Assembly: GCA_951406725.2 (NCBI GenBank)
Contig: OX597836.1
Location: 47,492,001-47,556,000 of the forward strand
DNA from: Octopus vulgaris
Lineage: Eukaryota
DNA length: 64,000 bases
Direction: 5' to 3'
This document shows, piece by piece, positions 12,165-25,060 of the stretch. Made by a program: the position numbers and the translations under genes. Within the stretch, counting starts at the first letter, position 1; each line of letters opens with the position of its first letter. Below the pieces are notes generated by a model. It worked only from the letters and a program-made list of their open reading frames with translations. It was not told the DNA's origin and did not search any database.

Positions 12165-12720
12165 TCCGTGAGGTAATGGGTCACACGCAATGTTTCGAGT
12201 GGCCAGAGTGCTTCAAAAATGAAAGAACCTCCCTGGAAGACCTGCCACAAGCATCCCCCTGCAAATGTAGAGAAAATTCCTCAGCTTGTGCATGAGGATC
12301 GGAGGAGGAGAATCAACAATGTTTTGAAGCATTTGAAGGATGGCATCTGACAAAAGCAACCAGATCTGTGAAGCACGAAGAATTGGATTCTTCCTGACAA
12401 CAATGTACCTTGTTGTCGAGATCTCCTCACTTGTGAGTCATTCACCAAAAACAACATGGTATCACCTCCGCACCCACCCTGTTTGCCAGATTTAACACAT
12501 GCAAACTTCCATCTCTTCCCCAACATGAAAATGCAGTTCAAAGGTCACCATTTTAACACTGTTGTCAAGATCAAGAGCAAATTGCAGAGGGTCCTCAACT
12601 TGCTTACAAAAACAGCTTCCAGATTCCAAAAGTAGCAGGAACACTGGGACCAGCGTATTGCTGCACAAGATGACAACTTCAAAGAAGATATTAAAACTGA
12701 GGTAAATATGTTATTTTTTT
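12165..12720 (+). mobile_element. Internally deleted mariner transposase remnant
   Basis: CFEW..CFKN.RTSLED and HPPCLPDLTHANFHLFPNMK motifs. Confidence 0.75.
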
Positions 12721-12827
12721 TTTTATTAAACCTTTTCTGAAAGAATTATATTTTTCAAAAAATCTGACATCCAACATTATAAGGCCTCAATCTGAGACAA
12801 ACTAGAACAAAGAAGCCTGTTGCTTAA

Positions 12828-13039
12828 CCCTTTAGCATTTAAACCGGCCAAAAGTATTCTGCCTGTTTTATGTTCAAACTGGCCAGATCTGGTTTCTCAG
12901 ACCAACCCTACAATATCATCTTAAAAATTAACAGCTACCTCATCAAAATCTCATAGCTACAAGATAATGCAAGATAAGTTCAAGGCAATGTGGATAAAAA
13001 AAGCATTAATTTAGGCAGAATAATGCAAACACTAAAGGG
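12828..13039 (-). mobile_element. piggyBac-type MITE
   Basis: TTAA-flanked, same family in the opposite orientation. Confidence 0.85.
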
Positions 13040-13146
13040 TTAAAAGGACTTGCTTAAAATGTTTGATAGTATTGTCTTTTTTTTTTCTTGTTTTTTTATT
13101 TCTCTAAGTTTGCTGGAGGGTGTAATATTATAAAAAGAAACTACAA

Positions 13147-13311
13147 GGCACAGGAGTGGCTGTGTGGTAAGTAACTTGCTAACCAACCACATGGTTCCAG
13201 GTTCAGTCCCACTGCATGGCATCTTGGGCAAGTGTCTTCTGCTATAGCTCCGGGCCGACCAATGCCTTGTGAGTGGATTTGGTAGAGGGAAACTGAAAGA
13301 AGCCTGTCGTA

Positions 13312-13348
<37 letters not shown>

Positions 13349-13577
13349 GTGTGTGTATATGTTTGTGTGTCTGTGTTTGTCCCCCTAGCATTGCTTGACA
13401 ACCGATGCTGGTGTGTTTACGTCCCCGTTACTTAGCGGTTCGGCAAAAGAGACCGATAGAATAAGTACTGGGCTTACAAAGAATAAGTCCTGGGGTCGAT
13501 TTGCTCGACTAAAGGCGGTGCTCCAGCATGGCCGCAGTCAAATGACTGAAACAAGTAAAAGAGTAAAAGAGAGAGTA
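13147..13577 (+). mobile_element. SINE family A
   Basis: Near-consensus copy. Confidence 0.9.
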
Positions 13578-13643
13578 CATAACTGCTTATATAAACGATC
13601 ATCTAAGAGAAAAGTGTCTCTTATTACAATTATTCTATCTTAA

Positions 13644-14372
13644 CCCTTTAGCATTCAGATTACTTCATCAAGTGTAATGCTTATTTATTCACGTTATTTT
13701 GAATTACCATAAATCCTTGAGTATAGTCTGCCCTTGAGAATAATATCCAGGGGATTTTTAGGGGGCTGTGCCACTGAAAAACATAAACCTTGTGTATAAT
13801 ACGCACTCCTTCTCTAACTTGAGTCAAGGAGGACTATATAACGTCCTTGGTTTGTAAAAATGTATACAGTAACGTCCTTTATTATTATTGTATATATAAC
13901 ATAATGTAAACGTGTAGATTTTGGGGGCATTTTGTTTGCAGAAAATAAAGATTTAACAGTAATAACATTTAATAAATGTTGCTTACTGCAAGTTATGAAT
14001 GATTCTTTTATGACTTCATTGCTTTCAGGCTTAACTTAAGGTATTTTCGCCTCCGACATCACAAAATGTGTCGGAATAAACATTGCCGGACAACAAATAG
14101 AGACTTGGACATTGCTTAGAAAGTAATTTTCATTTTTAACCTCTTATATAGTATGCACTAGGGATCCTGACCTTTAAATTTTTTTGGGGAAAATGCGGAT
14201 TATACTCGAGGATTTACGGTAATTATACCTTATCTTGTAGCTTTGAGATTTCAATGATGTAATTGCTTATTTTTAGAATGATATTGTAGGGTAGGTGTGA
14301 GATGCCAGATTTGGCCAGTTGGATCATAAAACAGTTTATGGGCCAGATATGGCCAGTTTAAATGCTAAAGGG
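13644..14372 (+). mobile_element. piggyBac-type MITE interrupted by a pogo/Tc2-type element
   Basis: TTAA-flanked TIRs with an insertion at 13707-14219. Confidence 0.85.
13707..14219. mobile_element. Non-autonomous pogo/Tc2-like element
   Basis: TA|CCATAAATCCTTGAGTATA ... TATACTCGAGGATTTACGG|TA. Confidence 0.8.
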
Positions 14373-14929
14373 TTAAAAACAAAGAGCAATGCAATTAAAT
14401 GCCTGATGCAATCAATTCTATGTTGTGTAACATGTAAGTATGTAAACACAAATAAGAAAAGGAAGTACTCAATACTGAAAACAGAGTGATGTCAAATTTT
14501 TTGGAAGCTGAAACTACACACATCATCTCTCCAAGTTTCTTGCTGATGATTTTTTAGGCAATTAGGAAAGTGGATCGAGCAATCTGGTATATAATGAACA
14601 TGTGTTAAAATGTTTGAATATTACAGTGAGCATTAATTAGTTGCCATAGATAAGAAAAGGACTATTACAGGACAATATAACCACTGTTTGAGAGAATAAC
14701 AGACATAGGACTAAATTATACATTACAATATAGAAGATATAAGATGTATATGTGTGTGTTACTACAAAATGTATTTATGCAAGAGGGTAAAAATAATATT
14801 TAAATTGGTAATTACATGGGAGTAAAAATAACTCTGTGAGAAAAATAACTTATGGCAGTTCAGCATCTTTAAAAAGTGAAGTTATAAAATATTAAATATT
14901 GTGTTCTCCCAACTTCTGTGAATTTACCT

Positions 14930-15148
14930 CTTCTATCTTTTCTCTTCCCAAAGAAAATATTTCATTTTGGTTCTTATGGGAGCAACTGTCTTCAAAGACT
15001 CATATTGTCGTTAAGTGCTCGAAATGAAGAGTAGATAGGCAGCTGACAGCTGATGAAGGGTCATTCTTTGTGTTACTTGTCCTGTTTTCCATTTGTTTTC
15101 GTATTTCATGTTGTTTACCGTTGGTGACATCCTGTACCCATATATGCT

Positions 15149-15150
<2 letters not shown>
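14930..15150 (+). mobile_element. Small non-autonomous repeat carrying the permuted hammerhead, copy 1
   Basis: Shares an upstream hairpin, ACTGT(C)TTCAA, the GAGTAGAT linker and the terminal TCCTGTACCCATATATGC with the 45.5 kb copy, and is followed by a TA/TG microsatellite. The 5' boundary is uncertain. Confidence 0.6.
15000..15061 (+). ncRNA. Non-circularly permuted hammerhead-like motif, copy 1
   Basis: TCATA^TTGTCGTT...GCTC-GAAATGA...AGCTGACAG-CTGATGA-A-GGGT. All three core strands are present and pair mutually. Confidence 0.6.
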
Positions 15151-15192
<42 letters not shown>

Positions 15193-15247
15193 TGTTATTT
15201 ATATATATACCTATACATGGATGTGTGTGTGTGTATATATATATGTA

Positions 15248-15285
<38 letters not shown>

Positions 15286-15318
15286 TATATATTATTTATA
15301 TATTTACCTATACATGGA

Positions 15319-15354
<36 letters not shown>

Positions 15355-15829
15355 GATAGATAGATAAACACTCAGGTACATATACATATGCACATATATG
15401 TATAATTGTACATAAATATATACATACAAATGAAGAAATTTTTATACATGTATCTATATGTATATATATATGCATGTACACAAATCCTTACCCACAGCTA
15501 TACATATGTACATTCTGGTGACTATGTATAGTCATACAGCCATACACAGAGACACAACTGCACCCAAACACAAAACTTGGTGAGTAGAAAAATATAGCAT
15601 TTGTTGTTAATAGAAAATTCTTATTTTGTGCATATTTATGGTAAGATAGGAGAGATTGTTATGTTAAGCTGTTTAGCCATCTTTTTCTAAATAACTTGAC
15701 TTAAAACAAACAGTATATATACACACACACATGTACACATATACATATACTCAACATGCACATATTCCCCCACCATATCTACATATATATTTATTTGTGT
15801 GTGTGTGTATATATATGTGTGTATGTATT

Positions 15830-15860
<31 letters not shown>

Positions 15861-15914
15861 ATATATATATATAAATGTATATATATAAATGTATAATATA
15901 TCTATATATATCTA

Positions 15915-15958
<44 letters not shown>

Positions 15959-16138
15959 TAATAAAAAACACAAATCTTGTTAAATACAGCTACCCAGGAT
16001 TTCTTGGGCAAAATAATTTATTTCGCCATTTTTCAAACTAAGAACAAGATCGTTTGCTTATTAGCCATTATGTTTACTCTCTTGGCTGATCAAGTGATTC
16101 TCTACTTGTTGAAACCTTACCACATTATATATACATAC

Positions 16139-16208
<70 letters not shown>

Positions 16209-17769
16209 CCCCACAGTATACACATAAATAAATAGACAAAGAGGAGGACAAAATTGAATTTGACATTTGTGCCATTAGATGGCATTGGTTAAATTATTCT
16301 TTGTAATCAAGTACTTTTTTTTTTATATTTCTTTTATATACCTTTTGTTTAAAGTTATATAAGCACACAGAATTTGTCAATATATTTTATAAGCTGAAAA
16401 ATTATCAAAACATCATTTCCTTAAGCTTTCAGAATTGAACTTGTTTGTTTACCGATATGGATATTTTACCAATAAATCTCACCCTGACTAGAACATGAAG
16501 AAACCATTATTTTCAGAGAACAAAAATAAATAAATAAATAAATATAAAAAAAATACACCCTGTCATAGGCTTTAGGTTGGTCAAATTCTTAATAGACAAG
16601 TTTTATTTTACCAAATTGTTTTGAAATCGACTGAATATCAAGTTGTGATAGAAAAATAATAAGCATCTTTCTGATACAGCTTCATGTCTATTTATCTAAC
16701 TGATTATATGTAATATAAGAAGAAAGGAAATGGTATTTATTTCACAGAAATCACTTTGAAATAGGAAACATGAACAAAGAAACATAATCAGCTGTCAAAA
16801 CCAATAATGAATATTTACATTCCAACTCAAAACTTCAATCAATTTATGGTGTTCAAAGAAATGTCGCTGGAATAAGCATGCCCAAATGAAACTGGAGATC
16901 TTTTACAGTGATGTTAAACATCACACAGAAATTATCTTAGATCTGTCATTGGTTGAACTGGACACAGAAAAGTGAAACAATTTTTTTTTTTTTTTTTTTT
17001 TCGGTTTTTTGAATTGTCCATCAAAATAATCAATATATTTATAATCTTAACTGAAATAATTACAGCCAGAATTCAAACCCGATATCTAAACAACTGAGTA
17101 ATCAGATTTCATAACATAATTTCAATTAAACAAAGTTCTTTTGTTTGTTTAAGCTATCATGATTAAGGCCATGTTGGAGCACTACCTTTAAATATAAGGC
17201 TTTCAACCCACCAAAAACCATTTCTTGTTCTATGATGCAAACAAAACTTCAGTTTAAAATGTTCATTATAATTTTAAGCAATAATCTTTTAATTAAGTTT
17301 TTAAAAAAAAAAAACAGCTTAATAATGGAAAACTCAGTTATTTTACTAAGCCCTTTCAAAATAATTGTTTTAAAAACTAATCAAACTTACAGGTAGTGTA
17401 TTCCATCATGAATATGGTCATGAAAAGATTAAAAGATTAGATAGCCTAACTTCTGAATGGATTTAAACACCAACCAACAAAACAAACAACCAATCTAGAA
17501 AGACTAATATTACTAAACCAATTTTAATAATTCTCCCTGTTTGTTGTTAAATACTGTAACACAATAAAAGTAATAGTTTACAACATTCAATGGTTATTAT
17601 TAGTCATAACAGAGTCAATGTTTAAGCCAAGATTAAGCCAAATTGACACAAATCATAGCATAACCTTTCATGGGAAATGATAACCAAGACTTCCTATGCA
17701 GTCATTACTGAAGAGGAACTATAATGAAATAGAGACATGGTAGCATAACCAAGTGCAGGGGCAGAGCTG

Positions 17770-18450
17770 GGTAAGGTCAATTAGCATGGGAAAATGACCA
17801 CAAGTAGTGCAGCATGGAAAAATGAAATTTTGCAGGAATAGTGAACAGTGCAAGCCAGCCACTGAAAGAAGAACGATCCAAAATAGGAGGGAACTTGAAA
17901 GTTATGTGTTGACCTTGAAGGTAACTATCACTACCCATATTTTTGCCACCAAAAGCCCTGACCTTGTCATAGAGTGCAATAAAGGAAGGTAGTAAAGATG
18001 ATAGAGCCAACAGTGATGTGGGAAGTGGACACTGAAGATGTTTTCCTCAAGAAATACAGAAAACACAGTGGACAGGAGGCAATGTGGCTTCTGTAAAGAA
18101 AGGTGTTCTGGAAGCAGAGTTCACTTGATGCTGAGGAGTCTTGGATGAGCTATGAAGGAGACAATAGATGTTGCCAGATAATTGTCAGAAGCCACTGAGA
18201 AAGCAAGCCATTACTTCTGGCTCAAGAAAGAGCACAAGCAGTGCAACAATAATGAACATTGACAAAGATAGAAATATCAAGACCAGTGTCCCCTATATCA
18301 GGCAACTCTGGCATCATGGTGGAAGGGGTCAAAACACTTTCAGAGCTACTTCACTGCCCCAAAGAGACATCAACTCCTGTATTTGGAGATGGAGTTCAGT
18401 AGCATCCTAAGCAAACAAGATTTTATCCTAAAAGAAGCTTTTTAAGAAAG
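17770..18450 (+). mobile_element. Highly decayed LINE (RTE-like APE endonuclease) remnant
   Basis: GC-richer block with degenerate L.IT.HIF and SDVGSGH-like motifs. Confidence 0.35.
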
Positions 18451-19702
18451 TGAAGCTGAAGTAATCATCCAAACAATTTGGAGCTGCTACCTGCATCAAA
18501 TTATGCAATTATTTGACTTTTCCACAATTCTGTTCTTTATGCCAACAATGTACAATCATATACATTTCTTTAGTGTTTCAGTTTGGTCAGTACTATTATG
18601 GTCAGTATTATGAAAGCTATGCTTCCTTGATGAGGCCAGAATAATACCAGAATAAAACCATTTGGAGTTGATTCCCACTCTTTGCAGGAAATTATATACA
18701 TAATATAAATAATAGGTTAATGTTATTTTAACCTCATAGACAGGTGGCAAACTGACAAAATCGTTAGCACACTGGGCAAAATGCTTAGCAACATTTCATC
18801 CATCTTTACATTCGGAGTTTAAATTCTGCCAAATGCAACTTTATCATTCATCCTTTTGGGGGTCGATAAGTACCAGTTAAGCACTGGGATCATCTTTGAG
18901 GTAGCCCCCCCCCCCCCAAACTGCTGGCCTTGTGCCAAAATTTGAAACCATAATTTTTATCTCATAGAATGTTTATTTTAATTTTATTCTCTTCATAATG
19001 ATCCTTGCAGTATTTAATATCAGTGGTTAGTAACTAAAGGGATTTATCAAGCCCTACCTTGATACAGAGATAAGAAATTTAAGTCAATTTTCCAATGGCC
19101 TCACATCATTGTGCTTTTTCAGTTCAGGATTTGAAATTGATAAAATTAAAATGGTTGCATGAACTAAAGTGGGGGTGGGGTGGATGGTTGGAATATGAAA
19201 ATAAAAGCTGATGTCCAATTGAAATTCAATAAATCTTTGTATCAATTCAAATTTCAATTCAAGATCAAATTTTAATTTTTTTTAAATATTTTAACAACTT
19301 TAAAAATCAAAGTAAAAAAAAAAAAAGAAAATTAATTTTGTGTCAGAATCTGTTGACAAATGAAAAAATAGAAACCAAATTTTACATTAACAAAATAGAA
19401 GAGTCTGGAGGTTTCCTCAGGTTCTTCTATTTTGTCAGAGTAAAATTACTGACAGCCTGCATCATCTGCAAATAGTAAATTCAAACAGTTCACAAAGTGG
19501 ACTAAATTTTTCCAAAAAAAAAAAAGAGGAAAAATCTGAAGTTTTTAGACAGAGGTCTTAAAACCAAGAAGCAATTTCATGCAACTTACTACAGTAATTT
19601 CAATGCAAATTGAAGTGAGATTGGATGTTCCTATTTTTAAGGATACCATCAATATAGATAAACCAAGTAATTTTAAAAACGGAAGTATTTATTTTCGTTT
19701 AA

Positions 19703-19890
19703 CCCTTTTGACACTGAGACTGCCCAAAGCTTTGTCACACAAACTTCCTGTTTTTCAATGATCTAAATTAAAATCTTCAATCAAAATTCCATATTAATTT
19801 AATTAGATTATTTTCCTGTACTCTTCGTGATTTTCAAAATTAACTGAATCAAAAGTGGTTTATTTCAACAGAAATATGGTGACAAAAGGG
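19703..19890. mobile_element. Second TTAA-flanked MITE family
   Basis: TTAA|CCCTTTTGACAC ... GTGACAAAAGGG|TTAA. Confidence 0.7.
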
Positions 19891-20043
19891 TTAAATATCA
19901 TTGATCATTTATATTCTTTTATTGATTGTAGCCATTGAAGAGTCACCTTCAAGCATTTTAATCTTAGTTAACTATATCAATCTTGGTAATTTTTCTGGTA
20001 CTTGATGACCCATTTGAAATGTGTGTTTATATCACATTGATAT

Positions 20044-20082
<39 letters not shown>

Positions 20083-20556
20083 TATGCAAAGTTTCCATGC
20101 ACTAACTCTCACTACAAGCATTGGCCAATCTAAGGCTATAGCAGAAGCCATTTGTTCAAGACCCATGTAGTGGGACCAAGTTTGGAACTGTAGGATTTCA
20201 AAAGGAATTTCTTAACGACACAACCATAACTTAGCCCACTATTTCCCTTTGGGTAAATTGAGATTGAACAGAACATTGAAGATGGTAAATTAAATGTTTT
20301 GCTAACTAAATATTTCAATGCAATCTTCACAACAGCCATATGAGACAGTTATTCCTTATGACAGCCAGTTGTTTAACCGTTTTCTATCTATCAACTAACT
20401 TCAAGTTCTATGATACAAAACTGACTTTTTCTAAGTACCATCTAAGTACTGGAATAGATTTAATCAACTGATATTGGTGTTATCTAGGATTATTTAAGTA
20501 ATGAGGCCATGGCTAAGAATCCCAAATATATCTTATAAGTACTGCCAGAGGTTTAA

Positions 20557-20779
20557 CCCTTTAGCAATTAAACTGGCCAGATCCAGCCTGAATTTTTTTT
20601 TTCTTCTGTTTTGTGTTCCAACTGGCCAGATCTGGTCTCTCACACCTATCTAACAATGTCATTGTAAAAATAAGCAATCGTATCATTGAAATCTCAAAGC
20701 TACAGGATAATGCATGATTAATTCAAATCAATGAATATATAAGCATTACATTTGGCAGAGTAATCTGAATGCTAAAGGG
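20557..20779 (-). mobile_element. piggyBac-type MITE
   Basis: TTAA-flanked TIRs. Confidence 0.85.
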
Positions 20780-20974
20780 TTAAGTATGGATAAAGGAAAA
20801 ATCTCCAATGGCCACAGTATCTGTATTAGGAGTAGGTGAGTTCCACCTACCACTGGAATAATGCTACCTATATCCTATCAGTCACAGGATATGTAGTGTA
20901 CTTACAATGAATGTGTCGATATAAGATTACAGAAGAGGAAAATATTTATATGAAAACCTTCTATCATAATTTAA

Positions 20975-21195
20975 CCCTTTAATGTTCACATTATTCTGCC
21001 AAAATTAATGCTTTTTCATCTACATTGTTTTGAATTAATCATGCATTATCTTGTAGCTATGAGATTTTGATGAGGTAGCTGTTAATTTTTTAAACAATAT
21101 TGTAGGGTTGGTGTGAGAGACCAGATAGGGCTAGTTTGAACATAAAACAGGTAGAATATTTTTGGCCGGATATGGCCGGTTTAAATGCTAAAGGG
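20975..21195 (+). mobile_element. piggyBac-type MITE
   Basis: TTAA-flanked TIRs, inverted relative to the 20557 copy. Confidence 0.85.
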
Positions 21196-22930
21196 TTAAA
21201 CCCCTTTAAAAAAGTTTAACAATGGAAAAAGAAAGAAAAGCAAACCAAAAAACTTATTTCACTAAATTTTTTCAAGTTTTTCGTTGCTTTCAAATCTAAC
21301 TGAAACACAGAGAAATGTATTTCACTAGAAATATGATCACAAAGGAGTTAAGTAAGAGAAGGAATTCACTGACAGCCAAGAACAAGCTAAGGCTTCTTTG
21401 ATTGTTCAAGATGATATTGATCTTGGCACTTCAATGTGTGTGTGTGTGCTAACTAACTTAATGTAAGTTAGCCCACTTTATAACCTTGTACTGAGCAAGG
21501 TTGGATGTGTAGGAAGGTGAAGGGGACATTTTGATAACCCTCACACAATTAGACATTACTGTGTAATTTTCTTGACAGTTATTTGTTTAAGCAACAGGAG
21601 AAAAATCTGTCAACTAAGAACCAGTTAAGGCTTCTTTCGCTGTTCTAAATGATATTGATCTTGGTACCTAACTATGTGCCACTAATGAACTAAATGTAAT
21701 GGAGAAGGCAATCAACAGAAAGTATGGTCAGGTTCAATAAAATTTACAAAATTTCAACAAAGGAGGACAATATTCACACTAGTTAACTGGGAACTTGATT
21801 TCTATGAAATTATCATCCAATAAAATTGTTAAATAACTGCTGAGGTATAAATAAAATAGCAGCTTCTAATTTCATTAAGCTTATTTACAGAGACAGTTGA
21901 GAAATTATCATTGCTCCTGTTGTTGCTTGGCTCCAAATCAGACTTGATTAAGCAGATCCTATAATTAAGAACATATGACCATCTTTTTTTAGTGGTACTT
22001 AGGATCATATATGTCCTTCTGCTTTTTGACAATGAAGGCATTTGTTTTGAGAGAGATTTGGTCGCTATTTCAAGCTGGTCAAGGTTCAATTTAGAGGTGC
22101 TATTCAAAATGTGATTTTTTCTTCTTCCATGAAAAAAAAAAGGCACAATTGCAATGAGGCTTGGAAGGAATTAACAAATACCAATGCTAGACATATGGCA
22201 CAACTGAATCTTTGGTAATGTGACTGTGCCAGTAATAATTTCTGAAGTTGCACCAAAGCCAGAAATTTGAGGGAAGGAAAAGAAATAGTTGATCATAGAG
22301 ATTCCAGTAGAATGATCTCTTACATAAACACAAAATCAAAAATTTATGGGTCTGGATAAGTCAATTGGTGCTTTAGTTTATCAACCCTGGAAGGATGAAA
22401 GGTGGAGCTGACAGATGGGACAAATACCACAAAGCATTTTTCCTGTTACTCTAATAATTCTGCCAAGCAAATAACAAATACAAATAATCCATACACAAAC
22501 TACCATATTTGGTCATTTCTCTAAAACATGATATATATAAATACAAGTAAAATTAACCAGAAACAATTACATTGGGGAAGAGTAATTTCAACCATTTAAG
22601 AACACACAAAAACTGTTGGATTCAATTTTCCTATGAAGAATCAAAGTTTCATTGCACCTCTCCAACCCAGTTATAACAACAAAGCAACAAGTTTTTTTTT
22701 TTTTGTTTTGTTTTTTTTTGTTTGTTTTTTTTCTGTCCCACCCCCACCCCCTTCTTTCTTATGTGTGTTCCAAAATGACTAAAATGATGCTTCCATGATG
22801 AAATTGCTTCAGTTTGATACACAATCTCAGATCAAGTCACTTTACATCTTGGAAAATCAACCTGGTTAAGTTAGAAATTTAATTGATTTGTTTTAGTCAC
22901 TAGATTTGCTAATACACAATTAGCACTATG

Positions 22931-22971
<41 letters not shown>

Positions 22972-23265
22972 CTATATTATTGTTATTAATGTTGTTGTTG
23001 TTTCTAAAACACATCTTTAATGCAAAAAAAGCAAAAGAATAACAACTACAAGAAACAAGAAGAAAAAAATGCATAAATTCTTTAAGGAAAGAAAGGTGGC
23101 AGTTAGGGGTTAGGGCTACAGGGAAGTATTGAGAGAAAAATTAAGTTATCAGAGACTCTGATTAATCTGAAGCTAATTACCAGCAGAAGGCAGGCAAATA
23201 AGAGTAAACGATAACGTGGCTTCTATTGATAAAGGGTGGGTAAAGATGCAAGTCTTACAACTTAC

Positions 23266-23292
23266 CGTCTGTCAATATTTGACACTGAGGAA
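23266..23292 (-). CDS. TMCC: Candidate 27-nt TMCC microexon (phase 2 to 2)
   Basis: ttttcttgctatgttctcttgctag|TTCCTCAGTGTCAAATATTGACAGACG|gtaagt, with a long upstream pyrimidine-rich tract. Open in the required phase (SSVSNIDR-R). Confidence 0.6.
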
Positions 23293-25060
23293 CTAGCAAG
23301 AGAACATAGCAAGAAAACAAAAGATAAATGATAAAAACAAAAATAAGATAAGCAGAATTTTAACAATGACAGAAAAAAAAACATAAAACCAAAACACATA
23401 AAAACAACAGAAGATAGAAAATGAATGGGAAAGATTATTCAAATACAGTGTAAAAAATGCAATAAGGAAAAAAAAAAATTACAAAATAAATAAAAACAAA
23501 CAACACTACTAACATTGCTGCAGTGAGGGTATCTTGTAATCTAGAACAGAAACAGGACAACAGATGTAGGGAAAAGACCTTGGTGTGTGTCGGGGGATGG
23601 GGGGGGTGGGGGGAGCATGTACATACTTTCAGTTTATTTAAAACCTGAAAAGGATTCAGGGGTACTAGCTCTCCTCTTTAGATTTAGCCATCAATAACAA
23701 AAAAAGAATCCACATAAACACAAATATATAACAAAATAACATGGAAGAATGGAGTAAGCAAACTATGTTTATTGCATTGTTTACAATTTCTTTTGTGTTC
23801 CATTGTAAGTAATCTGGTGTCATGTTGTTACCATGACAGCGATTATCGATCTATTCCCATGCACTGTGCAAGCTTTCCTTCACAGCACATGGCGGAATTA
23901 ACTCATCAGAGTGCCACAAAAAACAATATGCTGATTGATTTTTCCAATCGCCACCATCCGTAGAAGTGCTTCCAGAGTTAAATGCCTGGATTATATATCC
24001 ACCTCTTGGATATTTCCAGAAGAGGCAGCAGTAACACAACTCTGACCAGACATATTCCAGCGATTCAGAAACACAAAAATAATCATTGTGGCTGAACCCA
24101 CAGGGCTCCAGGAAGATAGCTTTGACATTTCTCATCAACTGAAGCAAGCCCAACATCAGGACTTGCCACATTAGTGGCACTTGTCAAAAGATGACATGCA
24201 ACCTTGTTCCCTACTGAAGCCGGATGCTGCATTTCCCAGCAAGACCAGTGTGCTGCTCCCTGAAGGAGATTGTTTTGAAACCTAAACGACCAAAGAAAGC
24301 CATCAAGAAGATAGCCATGCCATAGCTGAGACCTGCTTGAGATGGCCGTGGCCGACAGGAGACTGCAGATGGAACCCTTCACTATACAAAAGAAAATTCA
24401 CTCTTCACTGCTCTGCTAAGATAAAATATTTAAACTAAGGGTTGAAATCCTTGTGACCCCGACACACTTACTGAAGATACAGAAGAATCTTAAAAACTGA
24501 GATGGATTTACCACCATCACACAAATTTGTAACATCTTTAAGTAGCTCCTGTAGCTTCTATGAGAGGCAAAACGTCTGATATTTCACATCAAAACAAATT
24601 ATTTCATATTAACTACAGTACGAAATGCTCCTATGTTACAATGTTGGCTTTAGATTGTAATTGCAGTTCTAATAATAATTTCCTAATAAAATTACAGTTG
24701 ATCTATATGAGAAGACAACGTACGTATAGATTAATTGACTAAGAAACCCATCAGCCTCTGGTGAATATACTGCTCAACAGGATCTTAATCTTTTTTTATC
24801 AATACAACAGGCAATCAAGTTTATAAACAAAGCCACCATCCAGATTACTGCCTGACCTTTTTAATGCAGAGCTGAAATACAACTTACTTCTCTCTTCACT
24901 ACAAGCCACAAGCAATAACCAACCATTGCAACATTAAATATTTGAACATGTGTGTGTGGTGGATGCGCGTGCACATGCAACACACATGTGCATGTTATCT
25001 GAGGCAACTTTCAACAGATCAAACTTCTATTACCTGTCAACAACTATAGAAATAACGATA

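Noticed and set aside
16005-16070. Hammerhead-like spacing on the minus strand (CTAATAA ... GCGAAA)
   Set aside because: Two core G substitutions and no credible stem I.
18556-18750. 64-aa minus-strand ORF as a possible TMCC exon
   Set aside because: No TMCC similarity, weak splice sites, and it starts inside a SINE C copy.
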